64,000 bases of DNA from NCBI GenBank assembly GCA_963575745.1, contig CAUYUJ010000329.1, forward strand, positions 1 to 64,000. Direction: 5' to 3'. Each line of letters starts with the position of its first letter. Within the stretch, counting starts at the first letter, position 1. Shown here piece by piece: positions 1 to 13,265 of the stretch. Below the pieces are notes generated by a model. It did no database searches. It was not told the origin of the DNA and worked only from the letters and a program-made list of their open reading frames with translations. This DNA comes from Prorocentrum cordatum (lineage: Eukaryota). Position numbers and translations under genes: made by a program.

Positions 1-560
1 GAAGCCTTGTAGGGCCTCTTTAGAGCCTCCTTGGAGCCTCCTGGGGTCTCTTGGGGGCCTCTTGGCGGCATCTTGGGCCATCTTGGGGGCCTCTCGGGGC
101 CTCCTGGGGCCCTCTTGGGGCGGAAGGCTTGAGGTTTCGGTTCGTGGTCCCCATCTTGGGCCCCTCTTAGGGCCGTCTTGGGGCTCTCTTGGGCCGTCTT
201 GGGCGTCTCTTGGGCCGTCTCGGGGCCCGTTTGGGCTCTCTGGGGGCCTTCTTGGGGGCCTCTTGAGCCGTCTTCGTGCGCTCTTGGGGGCCTCTTGGGC
301 CGTCTTGGAGCACCGGAAAACCGAAAATGCGACAAGGCCAAAATCCTTCCAAAACCAGCGTGAAATTTATGATTTTGGCCTCTCGGGGCGCTCTTGTGAG
401 GCCTCTTGGAGGCCACTTGGAGCGTCTTGGCGGCTTCTTGGGCCGTCTTGGGATCATCTTCGGCGTCTTGGAGCGTCCTTTGGGCGTCTCGGGGGCCTCT
501 TGAGCAGTCTTGGGGGCCTCTTGGGGCCCTCTTGGCGCGCTCTGGGGGGCCTGAGAGGCC
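1..560. repeat. Degenerate ~11-bp satellite (GGGGCCTCTTG-like)
   Basis: Continuous variants of ggg(g)cc(t/g)tcttg; the overlapping ORFs are low-complexity by-products. Confidence 0.8.
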
Positions 561-769
561 GTACCCAGGAGGAAAACCATCTCTGAGTAGACCTTCCCGG
601 GACCTTCCCGGGCTGCGGTCGGGGTACTTTTCGCTGGGGGACCCCCAGGGGCCGCCCCGCGCGCCCGAACTAGAAGAATCGTGAACCAGTTACCGGAGAT
701 CTTAGCACGCCTCTGGCCCGTTGGGCCGGCGAATTTTTCCTTTCCCGGGCAACGGTCGTTACCCTTGGT

Positions 770-960
770 GGGGGCAGCCAAGAGGGGGGGGATGACAAGG
801 TTTGGGATATCATGGCGGGGCCCATGATATCTCCCCAGATTTCATGGCGCCTCGTCTTATCTCCATACGTCCCTGGCCCGCTCCTGGGCCGCGCACATGC
901 CGCCGGCCATGGTTTGCGCCCCCACTCCCCCCTCTTGGACGCCCCACTCTTGGCCGCCCC
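770..960. mobile_element. ~190-bp MITE-like element, copy 1 (same family as 31714-31907)
   Basis: Ends ggggcagccaagag / ctcttggccgcccc are inverted repeats; the interior (atcatggcg...ccatgatat...cagatttcatggcgcctc) aligns by eye with 31760-31880. Confidence 0.75.
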
Positions 961-1711
961 AGTTTGGGCTGGGGGTGGGGGGGGGCGGCTCGGGCGGGAG
1001 GGTAATGGTAACGGCGGCCGCGGCGTGCACCCACCAGGTGCGTCCGCGCCGCCAGCGCATCAATCGCCTGTGCGCACCACGGTATGGAGGGGGGGGTCCA
1101 GCCCCTCCCTTCCAGTACGATCGTTAGCGTTAGCCCCAGGGGGATGGGGGGGTGGGGGGAGGGGCTTGGCCCGGGTAACGACCGTTACGCCTCTGCGAGC
1201 CCCAGATCCTGGGCCGCGCATGGGCCTGGCCAGGATCGGTGTTGGCATGCATCCTCATGCTGTACTTTGTGGGTGCCATGGGTCCCGAGTCGTCCGGGGG
1301 AGGAGGAACGAAGCGCTCACGAGCCCCTCCCTGGCGCTGCCGAGGCGCCCTGCAGGCTGCCGAAGCCCCGTGCCGCGCCGCCGCCGCCCGACGCCGGCCA
1401 GTGGCGGCGCCCGCCCGCCCGCTCGCCAGCCGCCCAGCGCCGCCCCGCCGGCGGCCTCTGCGGCCGGGCGCCGGGCCGGCGCGGGCGGGCGGGCGCCGCG
1501 GTCTCGGATCCTCCTCGAGCTTCGAGCCTCCTCGGGCGGGGGATCGAGCCCCGAGCCTCCTCGAGCCTCTTCTTCAGCCTCGATCCTCCTCGAGCCTCGA
1601 GGGAGGAGGGACAGGAGCGCGGCCCAACGCCGCCACCGCCCGAGAGGCCTTCCGAGGTCGTCTTTGTGCCGCCGCCGCGTGGCGCTTGTTCAGCCGCCGG
1701 CCGCCGGCCGC

Positions 1712-2098
1712 CAGGAGATGGTGGTGCAGCGAGGCCTGGAGCCGAACGACATCACGCTGAGGAGCCTCGTCGTCGGCGTCGACGTCGGCGTCGTTGTTTC
1801 TTTCGGGCGTCGTCATCGTGGTCGTCGTTGTCGGCCTTGGCGTCGACGTCGGTGGCGTCGGCGTCGGCGTCGGCGTCGTCGTTCTCTTCTTCTGGGCGGG
1901 CAGCAGGGAGGAGGAGGGAGGAGACAAGAGGCGAGCAAGCTGGGCGCGCTCTCACCACACCTGACATCATACCCCGCCCACCCATTCCTTCCCATTGCGT
2001 TGAATTCTTTTCTGTCAGCCGCCTCGAGTGTCCTACAGAACTTTGACGCCCAAATGGCAGTTGCAGGATTTGAGCCATCAGCTGCTGCCTACTCGGAA
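1712..2098 (+). other. Possible exon fragments of a PPR protein
   Basis: Short peptides EMVVQRGLEPNDITLRSLV (~1715-1771) and QMAVAGFEPSAAAYS (~2051-2095) resemble the PPR helix-turn consensus M...G..P...(T/S)Y. No gene model can be built. Confidence 0.3.
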
Positions 2099-3004
2099 AC
2101 AAGGGTGCTTCTGTGGATAGAAGAAGGAGCAGCAGGAGGCGGAGGGGGAGGTGGCGGAGGAGGAGGGGCAGGATCGGGAAGGCGGAGGGAGAAGAGCAGC
2201 AGGAGCAGCGGAGGAGAACGGGGGATCGGCGGAGGGTGGAGGAGGGGGAAAAGGGGGGGCGGCAACGACGAGGAGTGAATCGGATTCAGAGATGTGGCCC
2301 ACGCTGGGGCGGGAGCGCCGTTCCCAGCGTCGGGAGCACGGCACCGGCCCTGAGGTGCGGCCAGCGCTGCAGCGGGAGCAGAGTTTTTCGAGTGTTCCGA
2401 ACGGCCCGATCGAAAACGTCCTAGCGGTGGAGCAAGAACCAACACGAGAGAGAGAGAGAGGTGGGAGCACGCTGTCGCAAGATCAGAGGTGGGGGGAGAG
2501 TAGCACTCACACTGTGTAATTGGATGGGGAGGGCAGAGGGGAAGAACTGTAGGGTCTCCTCCTCCTCCTCCTCCTCCTCCTCCCACTCCTCCTCCTCTTC
2601 CAGCAGAGTCGCTGCAGAGGCACGGTACTCCGCACGCCAGCGGGAATTTCCGCGCTTTGCATTCTTGGGAGGGATGGAGGAGGCGGACGGTCATGATATA
2701 GAGGCCAGGTGCCCTTCAGACCCTCGCCCGCAAGCGCTCCTCACCATCTTCTCATCTTCCCTCCTTATCCTCCTTCCCCCCCCCCCATTCCTCGTCCACA
2801 CTCCTCCTTGCCCTACTCGCCTCAATACTCTTCTGCTCCCCCCGTCTGGTGGGGGGCGGGATATTCTCGGAGGCCGCATAACCGCACCAGATCCGCCCGC
2901 TCCCTCTGCTTGGAGGACGTCGATTACCTCTGGGGCATGGTTGCTACCAGGCTTCTTCAGAGGTGCCCAGTGGCTTCCAGGGGACCTCAAAGGGAGGACG
3001 GGAA

Positions 3005-3073
3005 GGATGATGATGATGGTGGTGATGGTGATGATGATGGTGATGTTGATGATGTTGATGTTGATGTTGATGT

Positions 3074-3111
<38 letters not shown>

Positions 3112-3136
3112 CTGATGAGGATGATGATGTTGATGT

Positions 3137-3171
<35 letters not shown>

Positions 3172-3772
3172 GTGCTGCTAATGATGATGTCGATGATGAT
3201 GCTGATGATGCTGCTGATGATGATGATGATCATGGTGGTGGTGATGGTGATCATGAGGAGGAAGAGGAGGCTGATGATGACGATGCTGATGACGACGATG
3301 ATGATGATTATGATGATGATGCTGATGATGCTGATGATGACGAGGAGGAGGATGTCGATGCTGATGATGATGACGACGATGATGATGCTGATGATGATGA
3401 GGATGATTGTGATGCTGATGATGACGACGACGGCGATGATGATGATGACGATGATGAAGATGGTGATGATGATGATGATGATGATGATGGTGATGATCAT
3501 GATGGTGCTGATGGTGATGAGTGATGACGACGCTGATGCTGATGACGATGATGATGATGATGATGATGATGATGACGATGATGGTGGTTGTGATGGTGAT
3601 GATGATGATGGTGATGATGGTGATGGTGATGGTGATGGTGATGATTTTGATGATGTTGCTGCTGATGATGATGTTGATGATGATGCTGCTGAACATGATG
3701 AGGATGATGAGGATGATCATTGTGGTAGTGATGGTGATGATGATGGTTGTGATGATGACGATGATGACGATC

Positions 3773-3834
<62 letters not shown>

Positions 3835-4050
3835 TATGAGGACGATGCTGATGATGATGACGATGATGCTGATGATGATGCAGATGAGGGGAATGATGCT
3901 GGTGCTGGTGCCGATGATGCTGACGCTGTTGCTGATGCTGCTGCTGATGCTGATGCTGATGCTGCTGATGCTGCTGATGATGAGGAGGAGGAGGCGGAGG
4001 AGGAGGGGGTGGAGGAGGAGGACGACGAGCAGCAGCTGCAGCAGCAGCAG
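3005..4050. repeat. (GAT)n-based microsatellite tract grading into GCT/GAG
   Basis: Directly visible; explains the poly-M/D/H/I ORFs. Confidence 0.95.
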
Positions 4051-4294
4051 GAGCTCCGCTCCGTGTCCGTTCTTGGCCCGACAGGAACTGGGGCCGCCCT
4101 CCCCTCCGGCGAGCGTGGCCGCGCGCGCGTGGGGAGTGGCCCCGCTGCCGCCGCCCGCCAAGCCATGGTGTCCGGCCTGTCGCCCAGGCGGTAGCCACCC
4201 CTCCAGAAGGCCCGCGGCAGCGTCCGCGGCGTGGGCCGCTCGGTCTTCCAGCCAGCGGCAGGACGGAGGGGGGGCGACGCGACGACGACGACAA

Positions 4295-4460
4295 CGGCGC
4301 TCCAGAAGGTATGAAGCGGCGGGTTTGGGACCGTTTTCGGCCTTCGGGGGCCCTCGCTGAGCCTCGGGACCGACAAAAAACGGCTCGGAACGAGAAGGCG
4401 GCTCTGGGGAAGTGGTCCAGACCGCTGAGGCCCACGCATCAGAAGAATGTGAGCAGCTGG
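4295..4460 (+). repeat. Dispersed repeat (other copies ~11235-11370 minus, ~13795-13936 plus, ~14225-14400 minus)
   Basis: Shared ccgttttcggcct...cctcggg(a/g)ccg(a/t)caaaa and gcccacgcatc...gagcagc motifs; three of the four copies abut (GTC)n/(GAC)n runs. Confidence 0.7.
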
Positions 4461-5074
4461 CTGTTTTGGATCCAACGCATTGAACAAAATGGGACGTTCC
4501 AAATAGTACATAGGGCCTTGCGTTCGAGGATCGAATGGGTTGCCCTCTCTTCCTGGCCGGGAGGCGGCGGAAGGCGGCGGAGGTAGAACGGGGCCGCCAC
4601 CGCCAGCGGAAGCCAGCAGAAGGCCAGCGGAAGGTCGGGTGAGGCTGGCGGGGCGTGCGAAGCTCGGGCGAACGGCGAAGCAGCGGCTGCCGTGCTCAGC
4701 GCCGCTTCTGCTTCTTGGCCTGCTTCCCCGACTTCACACCCTTGCCGCGGAGCGCCAGGCTCTCCACCTCCTCGGCGGCCTTCGACCTCGTCGCGATGTC
4801 GTGCTGCATCGTGACTCCCATCGTGACTCCGACCTCGAGCCTCTCATAACAAATTGCCTCTTAGGCGAAGCTCGAACGGTTTTCAGTTTTGGGCCTAGAT
4901 AGAGCCCCCACCCTGAGGATCCTTGGGGGGGGGTTCTCGGGACCAATTCAGGCCCACGCTAAAGCGTGGGGTCTGAGCGCCTCTCCTTACAGGTGGGGGG
5001 GGGAGAGCCGCCCCGACACAGAGCCACCCCCGCAAAGGTGGTGCTTGCGCGGAGGCGGGGTCGCGACACAGCCC

Positions 5075-5157
5075 TCCTCTTCCTCCTCCTCTTCCTCCTC
5101 CTCCTCCTCCTCGTCCTCGTCCTCCTCCTCCTCCTCCTCCTCATCATCATCATCATT

Positions 5158-5191
<34 letters not shown>

Positions 5192-5192
5192 G

Positions 5193-5242
<50 letters not shown>

Positions 5243-5870
5243 CCCCCCCTCCTCCCCTCCCTCTCCTCCTCCTCCTCCTCCTCCTCCTGCTCCCTCCTGC
5301 TCTTCCTGCTCCTTCCTGCTCCTCCTCCTCCTCCTCCTCCCTTCTCCTCCTCCTCCTCCCTCCTTCTCCTCCTCCTCCTTCCTCTCCTCCTGCTCTTCTC
5401 CTCCTCCGCTCCTTCTCCCCCTCCTCCCCCCCTCACCCTCCGCCTCCTCCTCCTGCTCCTCGACCTCCACACCCCCCCTTCTCCCCTTCCTCCTCCTCCT
5501 CCTCCTCTCCTCCCCTCCTCCTCCCTCCTCCTCCTCCTCCTCCTCCTTCCTCCTCCTCCTCCCTCCCCCCTTTGCCCCTGCCCATCCCCCTCCCCTCCGC
5601 CTCCTCTTCCTCCTTCCTCTTCCTCCTCCTTCTTCTCCTCCTCCCCTCCTCCTCCTCCTCCTCCTCCTCCTTTTTTTCCTCCTCCCCTCCCCCGTCTCCT
5701 CCTCCCTCCTCCTCCTCCTCCACTCCTCCTCCTCCTCCTCCTTCTCTCTCCTCCTCCTCCTCCTCCTCCTCCTTTCCTCCCCCTCCTCCTCCTCCTCCTC
5801 CTCCTCCTCCTTCTCCTCCTCTTCCTCCTCCTCCTCCTCATCCTCCTCCTCCTTCTGTTCCTCCCCCCTT
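5075..5870. repeat. (CCT)n/(CAT)n microsatellite tract
   Basis: Directly visible. Confidence 0.95.
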
Positions 5871-7114
5871 CCAATTGAGTAAGTAGGCGCCCGCCAGGTC
5901 CGTGAATACGGGCGCCCTTGGTACCTTAGTAAGTGCACTCCGCAGCCCTTCGAATCCATTGTTTAACCTGTAAATCCAACCCACCCCTTCATTCGAGGTA
6001 CTCGACGTGGAACGAATGTGCTGGTGTAAGTAACTAACAGGGCTAGCAAGACATCGATTAGCATTACTCTGGCAAGATGCAAACGCAAACGAGAGGTGGA
6101 GCATGGGGAGGTCGAGACACTGGCAAGTACTATAGACTTACTGAAGGAAGAGCTGTTTTCTGAGCTATGTGTGGTCCGTAGCCCACAGTGGGAATGACAG
6201 GTCATTCCCCTACCGACGTGCCAAGCTGGTAACTCACTGTAGCCAGCATGTTGCCAGCTAAGAGTAAACTATTCATAGTCAGGTCAGCCAGGCACGAAAG
6301 GAGGCACGAAGGTCCTCATCCATCTTCAACACCACCCCTACCTCCTATAGCCACCAACCCCCATCCCATCCACTGAATAGGTGCCATCTATGCAGACTGC
6401 TATGAGTAAAGGAGTGTACGCCGCGTGAGCTGCCAATGCAGCGTGGAAAGGATAATCGTATGCCGAGCATTGTTGCTTGGGCTGGCATGAGAGGCTTGCC
6501 CGTATAACCGTAACTGGGGCACGGGCAATGCGGCAGAGTAAAACAGTATCTGCTCTAGTCTTGGCCTGACGTTGTAGGCTTGTATACTCCTCCTCCACTA
6601 GCTCTGTATCCACCACCTCGATAGTCACGTAAGCTGTCATGCAGCAGTCGAAATAATAGATTAAAGTGTGGCAGTTCTAGGGCTGCCGCCCAGGATTTTT
6701 GGGTTTACCCCGAACCACATCGGTACTCGGACCCTCGTGTTTTTGTATGGTCTTTCTCGGGTTTAGCACGAACCCAAATTGTCCAGCGATATAGTCTTGT
6801 GATAGGTGTCGCATGCTGGCCTTTTAAGGCTGGCCTATTGGGATAAAAGCGTGCCCTAACTGTGGTTAGGTGCTGCAAGACACTGTGAGCTGTACTCTAA
6901 GTGCGGGATGTTTTGTTGGAGCTCATACGTGGGCAGAGTAGCCAATGACGCGAACGCCCAGCGAGACATCCCACGTCGACACCGACCCCAAGGACCATCC
7001 TCCCTCCATCCCTCCTAATTCCCAACCCTCCTGCGTTGGGTACTCGTTTTGAATAGAGCACTGCGGTCGCGTCTTCCCTCCTCCTTCCCGTCCCCCTCCT
7101 CTCCTCCCTTCTCC

Positions 7115-7790
7115 CGATCTGCGAAACTGTCGCCACTTTCGAGGGCTGCTGGGGGGCCCAGCGGAGTGGGGTCATACTCAGACCCAGATTAGACCTCGCC
7201 ATCCCTGGGGGGGCTGCGATCTGTGAAACTGTCGCCACTTTCGAGGGCTGCTGGTTGGTCCAGCGGAGCGAGGCACCACGGGGATTCAGATTAGACCTCG
7301 CCATTTGTGGGGGCTGCGATTTGTGAAACTGTCGCCACTTTCGAGGGCTGCTGGTGGGTCCAGCGGAGCAAGGCACCACGGGGATTCAGATTAGACCTCG
7401 CCATCTCTGGGGTGGCTGCGATCTGCGAACTGTCGCCACTTTTGAGGGCTGCTGGTGGGTCCAGCGGAGTGAGGCACCACGGGGATTCAGATTAGACCTC
7501 GCCATCCCTGGGGGCTGGGGGGCTGCGATCTGTGAAACTGTCGCCACTTTTGAGGGCTGCTGGTGGGTCCAGCGGAGTGAGGCACCACGGGGATTCAGAT
7601 TAGACCTCGCCATCTCTGGGGGGGGGCTGCGATCTCTGAAACTGTCGCCACTTTCGAGGGCTGCCGGAGGGCCCAGCGGAGTGGGGACATATTCGGATTC
7701 AGATTAGACCTCGCCATCCTTGGGGGGCTGCAATCTGCGAAACTGTCACCACTTTCGAGGGCTGCTGGGCGGCCCAGCGGAGTGACGTCA
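7115..7790. repeat. Tandem minisatellite, ~7 units of ~101 bp
   Basis: ctgtc(g/a)ccacttt recurs at 7127, 7229, 7329, 7430, 7538, 7642 and 7743; ttagacctcgccat is in each full unit. Confidence 0.9.
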
Positions 7791-8974
7791 TACGCGAGCC
7801 TGGGGCTTTAATCCTCGTTCTTTCGATCGTCGTCCTGTGAGCCGTGCAATGCGTGCGCATCCCATGTAGTTTGCACAGCAATTCACATCGCCTACATTAT
7901 CGTTGTTCCTGCTAATGTTGGCCTACTCCTCTTGCCACTTGATGCACGTGGGTTGGGTACGTCGCAGGGTAATTTGTGTTGCGCATTTGTCTCGCAATGC
8001 ATTTTGTCCAGACACGCCAGATTCCCGAGGCCACGGCCTCGCCCACCTGGTCTTGAGAAGGCCCGGATGCTGTCCGCAACGGTGGTCGCATTGCACCGCA
8101 TACGTGGGCGGATTGCTCACGTAGAGCCGGGTGCAGCAAACATGTGAGAATGTGTGCTGTCTGGTCTGCTGCGAAAGAGTTAAACATCGGTATTGCTGCT
8201 GTGCTGCTACTCTGAGGCTGGGTGCATACAGCCTCCAATGTATACACACAGTGATCCCATGTGGGATCTAAAAAGGTGGCGTATTGTCGCCGAAGTGCTG
8301 CTGCCTTCAGGTCTAGTGCGCGCGAATGCTTCTAGCTGTGGTCCGAGGCCGCATGCAAGTGAGCTCTTCGTTGCAAAATGTGGCGTAGTGCCGCCGAAGT
8401 ACTATTAATGCCGTATGGTGTCCACTTCAACCGCCCCCCAACTGAACCGACCAGGCATCCACCCTCCCATGTAAGCGAGCTGCATTAAGGGACTGGCAAC
8501 TTGGGCTGCTGTGGGGTTTTGTAGGCGCACCCCGAACCTTGACAGGAGAGAAGAGCCACCAGAGTGTCGAACGGGAAAGAGAAGAGCAGCGTGTAGAGCG
8601 CATCAGTGACGGGAGGGTAGCAGCGGCGGTGAGAAAAGCATGGGCTTCAAATTGGAGGATACTATTGTTAGTACCTGCTCCTCTCCCTCCTTCTCATCCT
8701 CCTCCTCCTCCTCCTCCTGCTCCTCCAGGGCGGTCTCGACACTTCAACCTTTGGGCGCGCTCACCATCCTCGCAGCCGAACCCCCCTCAGTGCACCGACA
8801 AAATTGTATTGTCGCGCCCCGCGTTTGGCACGGTAGACTCGTGGCCCTAGCAGAACTCCTAAATTCTCGGGGGTGGCGTTGGAAAAAAGGAAGGCCGGCG
8901 GAAGGCGGCGGAAGTAAATGAACCCGGCGTGACCCCAATTAGGGGAAAGGTTTGCATTGCATGGGCGCAGTGGG

Positions 8975-10110
8975 GCGCAGTGCTTGGAATTGCTTGGCAG
9001 TGCTTGGCAGTGCTTGGCGTTGCTTGGCAGTGCTTGGCATTGCTTGGCACTGCTTGGCAGTGCTTGGTATTGCTCTGCATTGGTTGGCAGTGCTTGGCAG
9101 TGCTTGGCATTGCTTGGCACTGCTTGGCAGTGCTCGGCAGTGCTTGGCAGTGCTTGGCAGTGCTTGGCAGTGTTTGGCATTGTTTGGCATTGCTTGGCAT
9201 TGCTTGGCATCGCTTCGCATTATTGCTGCGCATTGCTTCGCATTGCTCCGAATTGATTGGCATTGCTTCGCAGTTCTTCGCATTGCTTGGCATTGCTTCG
9301 CAGTGCTTGGCAGTGCTTGGCAGTGCTTGGCAGTGCTTGGCACTGCTTGGCAGTGCTTGGCAGTGCTTGGCAGTGCTTGGCAGTGCCTGGCAGTGTTTCG
9401 CACTGCTTGGCAGTGCTTGTAAGTGCTTGGCGTTGCTCGGCAGTGCTTGGCATTGCTTGGCAGTGCTGGACAGCGCTTGGCTTTGCGCTGCATTGCTTGG
9501 CATTGCTTGGAATTTCTTGGCGTTGCTTTGCATTGCTTGGCAGTGGTTGGCAGTGCTTGGCAGTGTTTGGCCTTGCTTTGCATTGCTTCGCATTGCTTCG
9601 CATCACTTCGCATTGCTTGGCGTTGCTTGGCATTGCTTGGCATTGCTTCGCATTGATTGGCATTGCTTCGCATTGCTTCGCCTTGCTTCGCAATGGTTGG
9701 CAGGTTTGGCAGTGTTTGGCACTGCTAGGCAGTGCCTGGCAGTGATTGGCAATGCCTGGTAGTGTTTGCCACTGCTTGGCAGTGCTTGGAAGTGCTTGGC
9801 AGTGCTTGGCGTTGCTTGGCATTTCTTGGCAGTGATTGGCAGTGCTTGGCAGTACTTGACAATGCTTGGCAGTGCTTGGCAGTGATGGGCAATGCCTGGT
9901 AGTGTTTGGCAGTGCTTTGAAATGCTTGGCAGTGCTTGGCCGTGCTTGGCGTTGCTTGGCATTGCTTGGCAGTGCTTTGCGTTGCTCTGCACTGCTTGGC
10001 GTTGCTTTGCATTGCTTGGCAGTGCTTGGCAGTGCTGGGCAGTGCTTGGCATTGCTTGGGTTTGCTTGGCATTGCTTGGCACTGCTTGGTATTACTTGGC
10101 ATTGCTTGGG
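8975..10110. repeat. 10-bp satellite (GCAGTGCTTG/GCATTGCTTG)
   Basis: Directly visible decamer periodicity; followed by a 9-bp GAACCCGAG repeat at ~10125-10215. Confidence 0.95.
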
Positions 10111-10487
10111 AAAGCCGCCGGGGTACCCGAGGAACTCGGGGAACCCGAGGAACCCGGGGAACCCCAGGAACCCGAGGAACCCGAGGAACCCGAGAAACCC
10201 CGTGGGACCCGAGGTAGCCTCCCGAAGCACCAGCCTTCAACCAAGCAAGAACCCCGTAGGCAAGCCTCATTTGGGAAAGATGCGCCCCAAAGAGATGACA
10301 ACATGCTCGGGGCCAGGGTGTCCAGAATCGGCCACATGAAGAAGGAGGCTCGTCACCGCTTCCGGCCTCTGGAGGCCCACGGCTAGCCCCAGGACGGTCA
10401 AACAACGAGTCAAAGCCGGTCCCCAGGAGTAGGTCAAGACTTCCGGGGGCCCCGCTTGGGGCAACGGGACAAGACGTCGGGCATCTC

Positions 10488-10518
<31 letters not shown>

Positions 10519-11414
10519 TTTTTCTTTCTCTCTCTCTCTCTCTCTCTCTCTCCTCCCTCTGGAACAGCAGAAGCGCCCTGCTAGTGGCTACTGGTGGGGA
10601 CCCTCCCTCCTCCCTCCCTCCTCCCTCCCTCCTCCCTCCCTCCTCCCTCCTTCCTCCCTCCCTCCTCCCTCCCTTCCTTCCCTATTCCCGCTGAAACGGA
10701 TACGTCCTGCCGGTGGCTACTGCTGGGACCCTCTGAAACGGAAACGTCTTCTGAAACGGGCACGTCCTACCTGTGGCTGCTGGTGGCTACCAGTGGGCCA
10801 GCCCAGACATGCTCGTGTCACGTCACCATCCAAAACACAAAAACATACGTTTTTTGGCCGTATTCGGTCGTAGGGGGCCTTCGCTGGGTCCCAGGACTAT
10901 CACAACACGAGTCGCGATGAAACATTGGCTCCAGGGGAAGGGTCGGGTTTTACGGAGGCCCCGTAGGGAACAACCAAATCCGGGAATCGCATGTCTGGGT
11001 GGAGATCATGCCTCCCACCATGTCATCGAGGAGATCGGGCGGGCTGGGCGTTTCGCCCGAGAATTCCTGACCACTGACGACCTGGAAGCTGGAAATCTAC
11101 CACAATTTCACGGGTGGAGGACGGGTGGTTTTCAACATGTGGCTCTCGCCTTAGCGCCGCGCACATTCGTCCTGATTGTGCTGGTGGCTACCAGTGGGCC
11201 CAGACCCCCAGCGTCGTGTTTTTCCACAACGTCGACCCCCAGAAGTTTGGACCCCTTCCCCCAGCAATGGTCTTTCCTCCCTGAGTCGTTTTGTTGACGG
11301 TCCCGAGGCCCAGCGAGGGCCCCCTGAGGCCGAAAACGGCCCAAACCCACCGCTCCAAATTTTCGGGAGCGTCATCGTCGTCGTCGTCGTCGTCGTGATT
11401 TCTTCACAACGCGA

Positions 11415-13265
11415 GGGGAGAGCATGTTACGCATGGAATGAAGTCAATGGAAATAAATTGCAGTGGATCCGTGAGTGGATCAATCTAGATTGATGAGGCT
11501 ATGATGCCTCTTTTGATTTTGAGCCGGCTATGATGCCCGCTCGTGCCCACCCCGTCTCGTCATCAGGGACTTCGCATCCCCCTGTGATGGTAAGATGGGA
11601 AGACGGGCCGCCGCCTCTGGCACTGCACGTACGGTGCCAGGTTTGTGGGGATTTGGTTCGACCCCCGCAGTTCCAATGATGGAGACTGCGACGGGTGTGA
11701 GGCCTCATGGTGGTCCTCACTGGTAACGCCTATGAGGGTCCTCACCGGGGGGGGAGAGGGCAAGAGCGGACGTCCACCAACAACGTCCGTCGTGCTCATC
11801 CTCCGTGAAATGCACTGACCACACTCATGAATCAAAAGACCGTGACATTCACGAGCACGACCCGACCTATGATTGCGGACTCCGTGAAACGCACCGTGGC
11901 CACGCTCATGACCACGGAAACCGTGAAATTCACAAGCACGACTCGACATGTGATTGCAGACTCCGTGACATGCATTGTGATCGCGCTCATGATCACGAAG
12001 ACCGTGAAATTCACGAGCGCGACCCGACCTATGATTGCGGACTCCGAGAAATGCCCTGTGACCACACTCATGAACAAGAAGACCGTGACATTCACGAGCA
12101 CGACCCGACCTACGATTGCGGACTCCCTGAAACGCACCGTGAACACACCCATGATCATGGAAACCGTGACACTCACGAGCACGACCCGATCGAGGCCGAG
12201 GTGCTGCCCGCACTGCTTGTATCGCGGCTCCGATGGGGTGGAGACCAGGAGGAGGAGAAGGAGGAGGACGGCGACGACGAGAAAGTTGAGTTCAATGAAC
12301 AAATTGAGCGCGAAGGCCTATGATGGTCCATCTTCCCAAAACGAGCCTTGCTGATGGCCCCGAATTGGGTGCGAGGTGCCGATGATGGCCCCTCTGGTTG
12401 CCTATGATAGCGGCACTAGACGACCAGCAGGGGATTGAGTCCCGTTCGCGGCCCATTAGGGGAGAGCATGCTACGCATGGAATGGACTCAATGGAAAGCA
12501 ATTGCAGTGGATCCGTGAGTGGATCAATCTAGGCTGATGAAACTATGATGCCTCTTTTGATTTTGAGCCGGCTATGATGCCCGCTCGTGCCCACCCCGTC
12601 CCGTCTTCAGGGATTTCGCATCCCTCTATAATGGTAAGATGGGAAGACGGGCCGCCGCCTCTGGCACTGCACGTACGGTGCCAGGTTTGTGGGGATCTGG
12701 TTCGACCCCCGCAGTACCAATGATGGAAACTGCGATGGGTGTGAGGCCTCATGGTGGTCCTCACTGGTAAGGCCTGTGATGGTCCTCGCCGGGGGGGGGG
12801 GAGAGGGCAAGGGCGGACGTCCACCAACAACGTCCGTCGTGAAATGCATTGTGCCCATATTCATGAATCAGAAGACCGTGACATTCACGAGCACGACCCG
12901 ACCTACGATTGCGGACTCCGTGAAACGCACCGTGACCGCGCTCATGACCACGGAAACCGTGAAATTCACAACTACGATTCGACCTATGATGGCGGCACTA
13001 GACGACTGGCAGGGGACTGGGTTCCGTTCACGGACCATTAGGGGAGAGCATGCTACGCATGGAATGAAGTCAGTGGAAATAAGTTGCAGTGGATCCGCTA
13101 GTGAACCAATGTAGATTGATGAGGCTATGATGCCTCTTTTGATTTTGAGCCGGCTATGATGCCCGCTCGTGCCCACCCCGTCTCGTCTTCAGGGACTTCG
13201 CACCCCCTTATGATGGTAAGATGGGAAGACGGGCCGCCGCCCCTGGCGCTGCACGTACGGTGCCG
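11415..13265 (+). repeat. Three tandem copies of a degenerate unit containing 81-bp (27-codon) Thr-rich subrepeats
   Basis: The block gggagagcatg(t/c)tacgcatggaatg...gctatgatgcccgctcgtgcccacccc starts at ~11415, ~12459 and ~13041. The subrepeat reads MNQKTVTFTSTTRPMIADSVKRTVATL-like about 4.6 times at 11827-12190. Confidence 0.8.

Noticed and set aside
2461..5959. Long ORFs with poly-M, D, H, I, S, P or E runs
   Set aside because: Translations of trinucleotide microsatellites, open in several frames on both strands.
5880..6900. Possible decayed endonuclease or other coding remnant on the minus strand
   Set aside because: Only vague similarity (SAYDYP, VCIDG); not enough to call.
7115..7790. 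CRISPR-like regular repeats (also 40400-41915)
   Set aside because: Whole units are repeated with no unique spacers, there are no cas genes, and the context is eukaryotic.
8761..10405. Cys/Ala/Gln-rich repeat proteins
   Set aside because: Products of a 10-bp satellite whose period is not a multiple of three.
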